Shown in pieces: positions 41,011 to 54,149 of a DNA stretch of 64,000 nt. The position numbers and the translations under genes were made by a program. The stretch comes from Octopus sinensis (lineage: Eukaryota). The DNA lies in NCBI RefSeq assembly GCF_006345805.1, contig NC_043005.1:37076001-37140000 (forward strand), in the 5' to 3' direction. Every line of letters begins with the position of its first letter. Within the stretch, counting starts at the first letter, position 1. Below the pieces are notes generated by a model that saw only the letters and a list, made by a program, of their open reading frames with translations, did not search any database and had not been told where the DNA came from.

Positions 41011-44000
41011 AAGATAAAGTTTCTCAAACTAGGGTATGAATACACTTAAAGATATACAAAAAAAAAAATTACAAATTGTGCCAGATTTGTAAAAAAAAAA
41101 AGCACCAGAATTTTGAAGTAATACAATCAACTATTTATCAAACACCCAGATTTAGTAAATGGTATTTATTTTTAAAAAATTGTCAAATATGTTGTTTGGA
41201 AATCTTAACTTCCTTATAATAATTAATAATGGAATATAGAATATACTTTGTTTTATGATATTTGGAAAACGGTATTCATTGCTGTCTGTTTTATGGTATC
41301 CAAATATTTTACACTTTATTGTTCACAAGGGGTACATCAACACTATTCTTATACTGTATATGACTATGAAATGACTATGAACATGTGTTGACAACCAGTG
41401 TTGGTTTGTTTTACTTAGTGTAACTTAGTGGAGAATATGTTTCTGTAGAATTGTTTCTCTATCTTGTATATTTTCAATCTTTTCCATGAATATTTAAGAT
41501 ATATTTCAGCATTTTCACTGCTAACACATTTTCAAACAAATAATCAACTGGGAAATATGTTTTGTTAGATTATTTCACCATTTCTTATGAAATGGTTCTT
41601 ATGAAAGTTTAAAATTACTTCAATAACTTGTTTTGCTCTTTCTTTTAAATGTTTAAGAAAAGAAATGTGATCTAGATGATTGGATTACATCCTTTCTCAA
41701 GAGAAATAACATTGCTGCTTCTTCTATCTGTCTTTATACTCTGACAAATTAATAAAATCCTATAATGGAGATCGCATTTAGTGCAAAAAGAAAACAATCT
41801 TGTATTTAAGACAAAAACAAATAAAATTGGCTTGCTGCATTCATTCAACGAACCTGGGTTGGAAATAAGAAATGGTATATTATAATGATTGCCATGAAAA
41901 AGACAAATACCACTTCAGATATGCTAACAATAGAAGCTTCTGATTGGATAAAATTCGAAGACTTATAACTTTTTAATTAGTAATTTCTTATGGAAATTAG
42001 TATGATTTTTATCATCAGCATACAAAACTGAATCAGTGAAGAAAACTTGAAAAATTTCTGTGTGATTTGATCAAATTTCTATATTATTTCGGTATTTCAT
42101 GTACAATTTTAAAAAGTAACTTAAAATGGAAATGTAAAAAAGAGGTTATTTATGTGACAATTGTTATACTGTTAGTTGAGGGAACTTTAGTTGCTATGAC
42201 CAAAACACAGATGCATGTAGGTTATGTCGGTTTAAAGCTATACAGTAAAAACGGAAATGTGTTAGTAAAAAATGAAACTGCAAGAAAGTGAAATTGTCAT
42301 TGCTATCTAAATTTTAAATAATGCAGAAAATAATCTGCATCACAATTTCCTTTTTTAAAGAACCCATCATGCATTACGCAATGCAATGTTGTATTCCGAA
42401 AGGAAGTCAGCCAGGTTCTGACTTTTTGCAAATGTAAACCATGATCAGGTTTCAGCTTAGCGATGAAATCAATTTAATATTGCTAATAGTTTAGAAGAGA
42501 ATGTCATCAACGACGTAACTTTCCATTTCCCCTCTTTTATAAGTTTGAATTGCCATCGTCGTCTGAAAATCATTTTATTCAAATACGTTGAAAATAGTTT
42601 CTTGACAAACTTCCAAGATACACGGTTACAAGCATATATAATCTATTTTTATTGCTTTTTTATTAAGATTTTTCTATTTTCAATCACTTCTAATTTTCTC
42701 TCAACTCTTCAAAAATAATCTACTAGAATTAATTAAAAATTATAAAAGAGAATTTAACGTAATCTACTGCAGCTAAAATAAGTACCTTGAACTAGTAAGC
42801 TAAGTTGATGTTCATATGAAGCTATCTCATTTTGGTCGCTCAGACAAGCAAGCTAAGAGTTTCATCATCATAATTAAACTCTTTTATTTACATAGTGTTT
42901 ACACACTTAACAGAATATTAATAAATATTCTGACTACGTCATATACATACATACACATACTTAAGAAAAATACAAAGCTTTGAACATAAGATTTAATCTG
43001 ATGTAGTTGAAAGGACATGAAATACGTATGTGTACAAATTGTAGTGTGTATGTATATGTATATATATATATGTTGATTTGCTTACAAAAAATTGAAGAAT
43101 ACTATCAGTTGCTCCGAAAGAAGTCAGTACAAAATGACGCAAATGAATCAATAGTGGCAAAATCTGAAATAACATAGATCTTGACAATGTACTGTTTATT
43201 TTCACGAATCTTTAAAGAGAAAGCACCATTGTTATTATGTAAGTGTTTAAACTAATCATTAAAATGTTATAACTGACTAAGGTAGAGAGTAAGATTAAAG
43301 TGTGGCAGATTATTTCTGTTATATGAATTAAAATGTAATTTTTTGCCTGGTGTAATATACGTACATAGCTTGGACTACTGGTAACCCCTATCACCCATCC
43401 CCATATCATACATCTTACTTATTACTTATCGTTCAGGCCTTCCTCTGTTATGTCTATCACTTATGCTTCTTACTCTGTAAAAAGGCTGGCTAACAAGCAG
43501 AAACATGGGGTTGTGAAGTCACTTTAATCATATCGAGCAGAGGACTACCTCTTGAGTGCTGGTGTTGTGAAATTTCACTTAAAGTGTAAGATGGTGAGGA
43601 TCCTTTTAGTCTTGTTGAGGACATAACACCTTACTAATGCTTTCCTTCAAAAGAAGCGCCCAGTACATTCTATAAAGTGATTGCTGTTAGAAAGGATATC
43701 TAGCCATAGAAACCAAGCAAAAACCAAAAGAAAATGCATGGTAATGGAGGTGCCTGATCTGTTGAAGTGATCAGAAACCCATAAATATGCATTGATTCCA
43801 ACTGTGCTGTTCCACTTATTCCATGCCAGTATGAAAAGAGGGTCTAAACAAAAACAGTGCTGGTGTGAATGATGGCGATGAAGTTGATGATGATGATGAG
43901 GATGATGCTGGTTGAATGAATAATGACGATGAATATGATGTTGCTGCAGATAGAAATAAAACTACCTCCATAAAAAAAAAATGCTGTTAAAAGTGAGTAC

Positions 44001-44763
44001 AGGTAACTCCTGCCAACTGTATTGAGTGCCACCTTCTTTCATTCATATAGTTGTATGGTTCCATTTCAAAGCAGAAACAACCAATTTGCTAAGTTCTATT
44101 GTTTTTGTGTGTCTCTCATATTTTGAATCACTGTTTCACTGGTTTAAATCTGAAACTGAAGCCATGCTGGGCACTGTCATTAAAATACGATGCCAATGGT
44201 TTTCTCTGGAGACCATTGTTAAGCAATATTGTTTAAAAATTATGCTGCCACTGATGAAGCATATCAATGTTGCTTGTGGGTGAATAAATTGCAATTATCT
44301 CTAATTCTTTTCTAATTACATGATCTTTTCCTCTAGAAATAATGTGGATACCAGTAATATCTTACAGGCATTTATCAATAACAAAAGTAGGTATCATAGA
44401 TGCTTTATAAAAGAGATTTAAATTTTGATCTCTCAAGAAACAAGTTTGTTCAGGTATAGGAGATATATTTCAAGTGTTTATATTGGAAATGGTGGAGGAG
44501 CATGGTTTAGTGGTTAGGGTGTTGCATTCATGATCATAAGATTGTGGTTTTGATTTCTGGACTGAGTGATGTGTTATGTTCTTGAGCAAAGCACTTCATT
44601 TCATGTTGCTCCAGTCGATTCAGCAGGCAAAAAATGAGTAATCCTGCAATGAACCAGCATCCCATCGATAGAGGTATCAATACATCATAGAATCCAAGAG
44701 ACCGGCCTTATGAGCCTATCGCTCAGAAAGGACCTTTGAATCTTTATATATATAATGAAAACA

Positions 44764-46118
44764 GGACAAGGTAGAAAATGCTAACAATAATTTTATCATG
44801 AAGAACATTTTAGTACCAGTTTCAGGCTTTGTGACTTTTGCATCTTAGAGTAAAGCACAAAAAACAATTAAATTATGGTAACATTAAATGAAATGTTTTT
44901 TAAACTATTTCCATACTTTTCAATGTACCTTACAACTCAACATACACAAACTCAGACATCTCAAACTAAAGAAGGATTTACAATCCAAAACCCTACCATA
45001 CATCTCCACACACAACCCCCTTAACAATGAAGCCTTTGACACCATTTTCCAGAACATTTCTCTACTAAAAAGGGACCACAGATTGAATTTAATCCACCAT
45101 CATAAAGAGCAAAAGACAATCCAAGTCTATGGAAACTCTCCTAACACAAGCCCAAGTACACTTGGCAAGAACACTGAAGCCATCAGTAAAAGAATGCGGA
45201 AGACCTAACTGTGGTATAGGCATCAGCCTAATTGATGGATCAGAGTTCTCTTTGAAACAGGGTCAATGTTTTACAGTGTAAAACAACTTCACATGTGCTT
45301 TGGAAAACCTAATATATGTATTAACTTCCTCGGGGTGTCAAGAGCAATACATAGGCCAACCCAAAAACTATGTCAAAGGATGGCACTACATAGATCCCAG
45401 ATAAAAATTCAGGAATACAGAAAAGTAGCATTCAGTGAACATATCGACATTTGCACCAATAACAAACAACCCAGCTTCAGGATTTTTCCCCTCTATAAAT
45501 TCAGGGATGATGCAACCTCTAATCAGCACATTAGCAAAGCGTCATATTTTATTGCAAAATATAAACCCCTTTTGAATGCCTTCACCACAAATGACACTAC
45601 TACAAGAGCCTTAGAATAATACTCACACAAATATTAAAAATTATATATTCAGAACAGAACAATTCCAATCACTACTACTATAACCACAACAGGTCACTTT
45701 TAGGACACTTGACCATTTAAGAGCATTCCACCAGCAACTTACTACTGTCATGCTACTCATGTATTTTCTTCTTCTTCTTCTTCTTCTTCTCCTTCGTTGG
45801 CTATTGCTGCTTAAACAATCAAAACCAAGAACCCACATCTCTCATATTAAATATTCCTTCAGATCTGCTGCTACTACCGACCTACCAAACCTTCACAAAA
45901 GTAAAAGAGAGAGAGAGAGAAAGAGAGACTAAAAAAAAAGGAAAATATCCCATGTATTGGAAAATATGGAAATATTTTTAAAAGCATTTGATTTAATTTT
46001 TCTACAATTTAATTGTTTTTCAAGTTTTACTCTAAGATAAAAAAAAGTCGCAAAGACTGAAACTGGTACTAAAATGTTCTTCATGATAAAAATTATTTTA
46101 GCATTTTCTACCTTGTCC
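44764..46118 (+). mobile_element. 5'-truncated Penelope-like retroelement with inverted terminal arms
   Basis: 44764-44927 aligns as the reverse complement of 45954-46118 (moderately diverged); a PLE ORF remnant lies between them. Confidence 0.85.
44930..45570 (+). pseudogene. PLE linker, Cys knuckle and GIY-YIG endonuclease relic
   Basis: KTLPYISTHNP, VKECGRPNCGI, NLIYVLTSSGCQEQYIGQ (45306-45359), then after a frameshift QKLCQRMALHRSQIK...YFIAKYKPLLN. Confidence 0.88.
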
Positions 46119-46225
46119 AAGTTTCCTTATACCTACAAATTTGTGTGTTACTTTTCAACCTTCTACTCACACACACACACACACACACATATATCACTAT
46201 ATAAATGATATATGTATATACATAC

Positions 46226-46299
<74 letters not shown>

Positions 46300-46365
46300 T
46301 ATATTATATATATATATATATTATATATGTATGTATATATATGTATATATATATATGTATGTATA

Positions 46366-46427
<62 letters not shown>

Positions 46428-47541
46428 AAGTTCACAATCATGAGGTAGTGAATTCAATTCTTGGACCAGGCTGTGTGAGTACGTTGCTCCAGTTCACTCA
46501 GCTGTAGAAATAAATTGCGACATCATTGTTGCTAAGCTGTATTGGCCTTTGTCTTTCCCTTGGATAATATCAGTGACAAGGAGATGGGAAGCTAGTATGC
46601 ATGGGCAACTGCTGGTTTTCTATAAACAACCTTGCCCAGACTTGTGCCTCAGAGGGTAACTTTCTAGGTACAATCCCATGGTCATTCATGATCGAAAGAG
46701 ATCTTTACCCTTTACTATTATTTATTGAAATTAGCAATAGTTCAAATAAGCTACATGATGTCTAACCATCTAGCAGTAATATACTGTCCCACATACACTT
46801 CATACATTAGAACTGAGAAATGAATATATTCAGTAAATAAAATTTACTACATTCTCCTTGATCATCAGTATAAAAGCAATTAGATTCTGGAATTTCTTTT
46901 CATTTATAACAACATGGTTATAATTCTTTTTTCATTGTTCAGATTAATGAAATTAATTGAATATGTTTGAAACACTTGTTCAGTTATATTTCTAAACTCT
47001 CCAGGTTTCTTGTAGTTCTTTTCTCAAAGAATTTAACATATTTTTGATTGAAACTTAATTTATTTAATAAAGAGCAGAGTTTTTTTTTCTCTCTCTGTTC
47101 TCTATGCTGAAGATCTTGCCACATGATATTGTTTGCTTGTTGACTGCATGTAAATGATAACACCCTACAGAATGTCCTGTGTTGGTCTTTGGATGAAGAA
47201 TAAAAACAATAATTTGTACATACTAATAGGGATAAATTCTAAGGCCTACGACAAAATTGAACTGTGACTAGTCCATCACATTTGGGGAAATATCATGCTA
47301 AATTCATTATGGAAAATCTATACCTTTGAACTGCACAGCTGGAGAATGGAGTTGTTAAATCAACTGTTTTGGCATTCTGAAGTTACCACCAAAACTTTCA
47401 CCTTTTATAAAACTCGTTAGAAGGATCTGGAATGTCAAATCATGGTTCGATGCTGATTGGTCAGTTAATCAGCCGACCCTCAACATGGCATTCAGACCGC
47501 TGTCCAGTTTTATTTTGCATTTTGAAGCATAAACAAATACA

Positions 47542-48763
47542 TAGACATGACAAGTAAATAAACATCTTTATAATCATTAAAATTTATTTAAATCTGAAAT
47601 TATACATTCAAATTATTTATTAATTGTTATAATGTGATTATTTAATATTTAGTAAACATGCCCTATGTATTTTTCAAAGCAAGGACCCTATTAGGTATGT
47701 TACTGATCAGATGATGAATATTCTCTTGTGGGATTTCTTGCCAAGTTTCATATGGCAATCTCAAAAGATCTGGCTTTGAAGATGTTTACTTGTTCTTTTT
47801 ATGAAGTGTCCTGTCCATTATGTCCCAGACCAGAGACGTTCAATAGGCTTCATATCTGGTGACTGGCTTGGCCATGTAAGCTTTTTAATGCTATTCTCAT
47901 CCAACAAATCTTGGGTCATTTTAGTTGTGTGACAAGGAGTCCCATCTTCCATAAATAGTCTTCTTTAATCATTTCACCACTGGAGAAGATTGGAAGGAGT
48001 CCTTTCTGCAAAGAGGACACATATTCATTTGAGTTTATGTTTTCCTCACACTCCACTAGCTCTGATCAACCATTGCTCCAAATTGTTCCCCAGACCATCA
48101 AAGAATAGCTGCAATGTTTTCATATCAAATTCTTGATCACAGAGTCTCCAGATCCACACTCGACCACTGTCAGGAAATACAGCAAATCTGGACACATCAG
48201 AGAATGTGACAGTGTCTCAAAATGCTAATGGCCTCTCCACCATCTAACTGGCCCAATCTCTTCTCCACTTGATGCTGGCTGGTCAAAGAAGTGGCATCCT
48301 TCTTGCTGCTCTACCATGGTAACCAAGTTTGTGGAGATACCTGATAGCTGTTCTGGGACTGACATCAACTTGTTCTGTTATGTCAGAGGCCTTGCAATGA
48401 GGATTATTCTCCACACTTCTTTTAACAAAGAGAAGAGTCCTGTCAGAGGACCCTGGTTGAACTGGGTGAGGTGATGTAGACTCCCTCTCCGGTGAATTGC
48501 ATAATCACTATTAATTATAGAAAGTGGGATCCCAAGGTTTTCTGCGATTTTACGCTATGTCCGCCTTCAGAATGACCCACAATGTGGCCTCTTTGAAATT
48601 CAGACAGTTCCAAGGCTTCTTTTGTAGGTGTCATGATTAAACAATCACATATAGAACCTAAAACATAAAAATGTCAATTAATAAAAGAAATATAAACTGC
48701 TACAAGTTAGAATAAACATAAAACTATGTTTTATGGGGTGTTTATTTACTTCTGTCAAGTCTG
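47542..48763 (-). mobile_element. Tc1-like transposon
   Basis: Short TIRs: right end CAGACTTGACAGAAGTAAATAAACACC followed by TA (minus strand); left end TAGACATGACAAGTAAATAAACATC. Confidence 0.8.
47642..48634 (-). pseudogene. Tc1 transposase relic, full length with stops and frameshifts
   Basis: MTPTKEALELSEFQRGHIVG (HTH), TVTFSDVSRF, SLMVWGTIWSNG, MEDGTPCHT...WPSQSPDMKPIE; the ATG and TAA are about 993 nt apart. Confidence 0.9.
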
Positions 48764-48769
48764 TATATG

Positions 48770-50220
48770 CAAACATTTTTATAAGATGTGATAGCATTCT
48801 AAATGCTGAAACTTCACCCTAAGTTGTTTTCAAACCTGCTATCATTTTCCAGTAATACTAGTTGTATGCAAGCATCTTTAAAAGTTGATATAATTTCTCC
48901 TTGGTTCTGAGAAGCAATAGACAGGGATGAAATTTTCAACATGTTTCAGGTTCATCAAAAGTAACAATGTTAAGCTTTCTTTGGTTGCTTGTTCAATACA
49001 TATTGAAAAGAAATCATTAAAAGTAATATACTACATGATTCAGTCATTAGACTGTGGCAATGCTAGGGCATCGCCCTGGAAACATTTTAGTCGAATGAAT
49101 CGACTCCTGTACTTGTTTATATTTAAGTTTGGTACGGTTCTATTGGTCTCTTTTGCTGAACTACTATGTTACGGGGACATAGACACACCGACACTGGTTG
49201 TCAAGCAGTGATGTGGGGACAGACACAAAGACACATACACCTGTGTGTGTGTGTGTGTGTGTGATGGGCTTCTTTCAGTTACCATTTACTAAATCCACTC
49301 TGAAGGCTTTGGTCACCCCAAGGCTGTAGTAAAAGACACTTACCCAAAGTGTCATACAGTGAGACTGAACCCAGAACCATGTGGTTGGAAAGCAAGTTTC
49401 TTACCACACAGCCATGCCTGCACCCATGATTTGAATTTTTATTTATGTAGTTGAGCTTGAACCATGCAATGAGATGTGTATCTTGGTTACGTCAAGATTC
49501 TCTTGGATAGAAAACCTGCCATTTTCAAAATTGGACTCTTAGTGAACTGAAACAGGAATGGTAAGTCTATAAACTCTGAGACATGTTATGCATCTTACAT
49601 TGAAACAACCTCTATATGGCTTCAGGAGATGAGACATATACACAGGTCAGTCAAGATATAATTTCATCATGTTCAAGTAATTGATTTTTCTGTTCGCTGG
49701 TTGTGATCTATTCCTATTTCAATAGAAGTACAGTCATGACTTCAGCAGACATATTTAAAATATATTTTATATTTTGAAAAGAAAAAAATATTTTTGTACA
49801 ACCATTTACTTCATCAATGCCACTTCTCAGAAGTCATTTGTAAAGAATTTTGTTCCTATCAGATTTTCCAAAAAGAAGTGAGATTATTAACATCACATGG
49901 TCCTTATCATGAATTTTGTCACAAGATTCAACAATGAAATGTCTTCATTAGGAATTTCGGCAGGTATAAGTCTGTTGCTGACATTTGCATTTCTAATTTT
50001 GGCTCCTTCTCAAAAAATAATCAACATGTGGCAGTATGGAAGACCTCTCTTTCAAAAATTCCATTACACAGACGTGAGCTACTGGCACATCAAATACATG
50101 TTGGTCCTTTGTATCATTTAAATCTCACTGTTTCACTTTGCTACAGATTAATAATTATTTTAAGGCTTCTTGTATATCTTGGGTCTGTTAAAAAATTCTG
50201 CATTATCATATTCACCATTA
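48770..50220 (-). pseudogene. Helitron RepHel relic (Rep domain and linker), split by a SINE
   Basis: HVCVMEF-KRGLPYCHMLI (HUH motif), PAEIPNED...LVTKFMI.GPC, DEII...YVSSPEAI.RLF, THLIAWFKLN and STFKDACIQLVLLEND. Confidence 0.75.
49085..49425 (-). mobile_element. SINE family 2, near full length, inserted in the Helitron relic
   Basis: Head GGTGCAGGCATGGCTGTGTGGTAAG through tail ...CCCTAGCATTGCCACAGTCTAATGACTGAA. Confidence 0.8.
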
Positions 50221-53200
50221 ATGTTGTAATATCTTGGAAAAAAAAAAAAAACGGTGCATACTTCACCGACTTCCTTCAGATGAGGAATGCAGTATAGTTG
50301 GAACTCCTGGACCTAGGTTTCTTATGCACCAAAATGTCTATTAGATCCCTATACTCTGACTTGAAAATAAAATTGATTGTTCCAAATGAGAGATGCAAGC
50401 ATGCTAGTGTGGTATGAAGTTTTCCCAACCACAATACTTTTGATTCATTCACAGGCGCAATCTCAAGAATTTTCCGATGGAGGGGACACGAGATCAAAAG
50501 GGAATACAATTCCCGGAGAAAAGGGCGTAATAATATTATTTAGAAGGGTGTTCTTCTTTTCTTGAGGGGGCACGAACCCCTCAGCCCCTCCTCTTTGGGT
50601 CCGACCCTGAATCCCATTGCATAACACTTTGAGCAAGTATCTTCAATATCTTTAGGCCGACCAAAGACTGGTCGGTGGATTTGGTAGATGGAACCTGAAA
50701 GAAGCCTGTCATAAATACAGATGTATATATGTGCGTGCGCGTGCCTTAGTTCTTCCTTCTCTGAACGTACGATCTCCGACCACAACATACATTTTTCTTC
50801 TTCGATAAAGCAAACCTATGATTAAAAGTATTTCAGTCGTATGAGTCTCATCTTTATTTCTTGCGTAGTGTATATATTGTTTAAAGATTAGGTTGTTATT
50901 TCTAATTTCTCAGTGATCACGTACAATTTCATTTATTGGTTTGTTTGTATGTCGTCTGCATTTGCTGAACGATCTGTCGCTAATGTCCTATTTCATTTCC
51001 CTATTAAATCAATTAAATGTCATGGATTTCTGTTAAATACCTGTGTATTTATTTTAATATCTACATCCCCTAATATGTACACGCAGGAAAGTTCCATTTA
51101 ATACATTTGGAACCCGTGAAAAAATATGTATTTTTAAAAAATACACAAGATATTATATATTGAGAAACTGATATGCGTTTAACATATATATAGAACAATT
51201 ATTTTTAAACGTATCGCCTTAAAAAATATGCGTTTTAACCATTTATTTGAATTCATCACCTCATCTCCTATATTCATAATCCTTATGCTACAACAGGGCT
51301 TCCATACGTGATTTAAGCGAAATGTTTTCTTTAAGCGACCTTAAGCTTTTCTCTTTTGGGAATGTTTGAAGTTGAATAATTTAGAAGCAGAAGCTTTTCT
51401 TGTAATTGGTTTGCTAAACGGATGAATAACTTCGGTGCAATGATATTTTCTCGGAAAATTTCCAGTTGTATACCCTCCAAATGCTTACAAAATTGGAAGA
51501 ATATTACCGCAGATATCCAGAAGTGTCTGGAAAGTCATTTGAAACGTTGAAGAATTCAGTCTTACGGCTGTCGTCTGATAAAAACAATGTTCATAAAGAT
51601 AGAAATAAAAATCACACATATTTACCAAACAAGTTTATTCAAGTGAGAACTAACAGATTTAGCGATTTCTTAATACAACCAGAGTCTAAAATTTTCTGTC
51701 TTTGTCCAAATAATCAACAAAACCTATACTTCATAAAAATGTGTTTCCCACACTTGGGAAAAAAAAGTAATCTTTTGTTTTTCTTTTGATTTGTAATCTT
51801 TATTTTACTGCCTTGGATATTTGTTGACACCCTGAATATTATATGTCCAGAAAAGATTTTATCACTTTTTAACGCCATAAGAATATCGTGGGACATATAT
51901 ATATAAGCAAGTCACAATAAATGGCTCCAGAAAGTGTGTTTTCAAGTCAACATTTTATTTTCCGTTAATTTACTCAGTCAGAAAAGCTGTTAAATTTACT
52001 CAAATCTGAATAATTTAGGAGTAGATTTTTCTCTATTAAACACCAGTCTGGTTGACATAAAGATGAACTTATATATAAAACATAGATAAATGTCGTGTCT
52101 GTCGTCTAATTTCGTGTTTGAGAGAGTGAGTAAAAGAGATATGACAATTGCATGTCTGCTGTTACCGTCTCCAAAAATGTGTGAGAAAGCGAAATAGAAT
52201 GACGGTAAATGTGAACGTATAGTTTAGTTAAGCTATACACAAAAACAACCAATACAAGAGTGTGGCGGTGTATTATTTAATGTTGCTTCTTTCAGCCAGA
52301 CAGTGTCAAGGAGATCACGATCGACCAGCTGAAGTCTCAGTTTCCTTTCAGGCCTAACTGGAAGTTCCGTTTTTTTTTTTCATGCTCACAAGCTAGTAGA
52401 CTCTACAGTCCTTGTGCAGTGCTCTACAAACGTGTGTGATTGAGACTAGTTTTCTTATACCCATTTCTTTATTGCCCACAAGGGGCTAAACATAGAGGGG
52501 ACAGACAAAGAGATTAAGTCGATTATATCGACCCCAGTGTGTAACTGGTACTTAATTTATCGACCCCGAAAGGATGAAAGGCAAAGTGGGTGCGCAAACA
52601 CAAGCATAAATACGCACACAAATTCTCTCTCTTTCTCTCTCTCTCTCTCCTTCTCTCTCTCTCTCTCTTTCTTTCTCTCTCTCTCTCTCTCTCTCTCTGT
52701 CTGCATATTTATATATAATATATATGTATGTGATGGGCTTCCACACAGTTTCTAGTTACTAAATTCACTCACAAGGCATTGGTCAGCATGGATCTATAAT
52801 AGAAGTCAATTTCTCTAAGTGTCATGCATTGGAACTGAGCCGAAGACTATATGATTGCAACATGAATTTCTTAACCACACAGCTTTACTTGTGCTTATAT
52901 ACTTTTCAACTCTGGAACTTCTATGTGGTCATTTACTTTGCTAGAAATAGCAGAAAAATCTCCATCAAATCACATCTTACCAATATGAAAAGGAAAAGCA
53001 CATCAGGTAATTTGGTCCACAATACACTCTGTCTAACAGAAAAGATGAGATGAACACTTTTGTGCTGGCCTGACCTGGAGCTAGAAAGCAAAAATAAATA
53101 CCTAAGATGGATGTTCAGTTATATTATTGCACATAGTAATGGATGATATACATTCTTCTTCATAGTATTGTTGTCTTACTCAGAGAAAAAAGAATTATTC

Positions 53201-53844
53201 CATTCTTCTTAGTCTTCTATTATGATTCCATTCACTCCAAGGATTCTTTCATAGAATGTTTCTCGGAAGCTATTATATGTCTGATATTTGTTAAAGAAAT
53301 TGAGATGATGTTTCATATATGTGTGAATTGACTAGACTGATGCTTTATTTCCTAAAGTTTAAAAAAGAAAAATTTAATCAAAAATGGAAAACTGTTCATT
53401 GCCAAGATAAAGAAATTGGATTAAGATTATAAAATGGAAGCAGCATTTATTTTATTTAAAAAATTTTTTTCCCCCTATTCAGAAGAAGAAATGTGTTAAA
53501 TGCTGTACATCTTTTTTCTTCTGGTTAGGCTTTTAACTATTGGAAGTTCTATATTCTAAATGGAACTGTCTCGGATTCTTATGATCACAGTGTAAATTTC
53601 TCAAATATTTCTCAATATTCTGTCCTCTGTGTTTTTAAACTAGTTGAAATAAATGGTATTTTTTTTAAAAACTTATTCATTTTCTAACCTCACACCCATA
53701 AAAGACACACTAAGTGCATAAGATATAAAGGATAGTAATAATAACAAAAAGAAAAAAAAAACTACCCTAGAACATGTGACTATTCCAGCAACATTAAATA
53801 TATGATCATATAAGATGATATCAGATTCCCTTCTTTGTTTTACT

Positions 53845-53858
53845 GTTATTATTATTAC

Positions 53859-53910
<52 letters not shown>

Positions 53911-53925
53911 GTTGTTGTTATTATC
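53845..53925. repeat. (ATT)n microsatellite
   Basis: Directly visible. Confidence 0.95.
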
Positions 53926-53943
53926 ATTATTGTTGGTGAAATT

Positions 53944-53979
53944 CCTAACAGTACTACTTTTTTCTATTTTCAGGTAAGT
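53944..53979 (+). promoter_or_regulatory. Juxtaposed 3'/5' splice site (recursive-site-like)
   Basis: CCTAAC branch-like motif, TTTTTTCTATTTTCAG, immediately followed by GTAAGT. Confidence 0.35.
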
Positions 53980-54149
53980 GAATTTTTAGAAGATGACTTT
54001 TGGTATTGATTTAAACCTGGTGACAGAAATAAATTGGTGAGCAATATCTCTTTTGTGTGTATGTGTGTGAATATATGTATGCATGTGTGTGTGCATGTGT
54101 ACACAGAAACACCTGTGTCTACGTGTTTGTTATTTTACTTCTTGTATTA

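Noticed and set aside
49451-49560. Plus-strand exon ending in a strong ATG/GTAAGT donor
   Set aside because: It has stops in all three frames and lies antisense within the Helitron RepHel relic.
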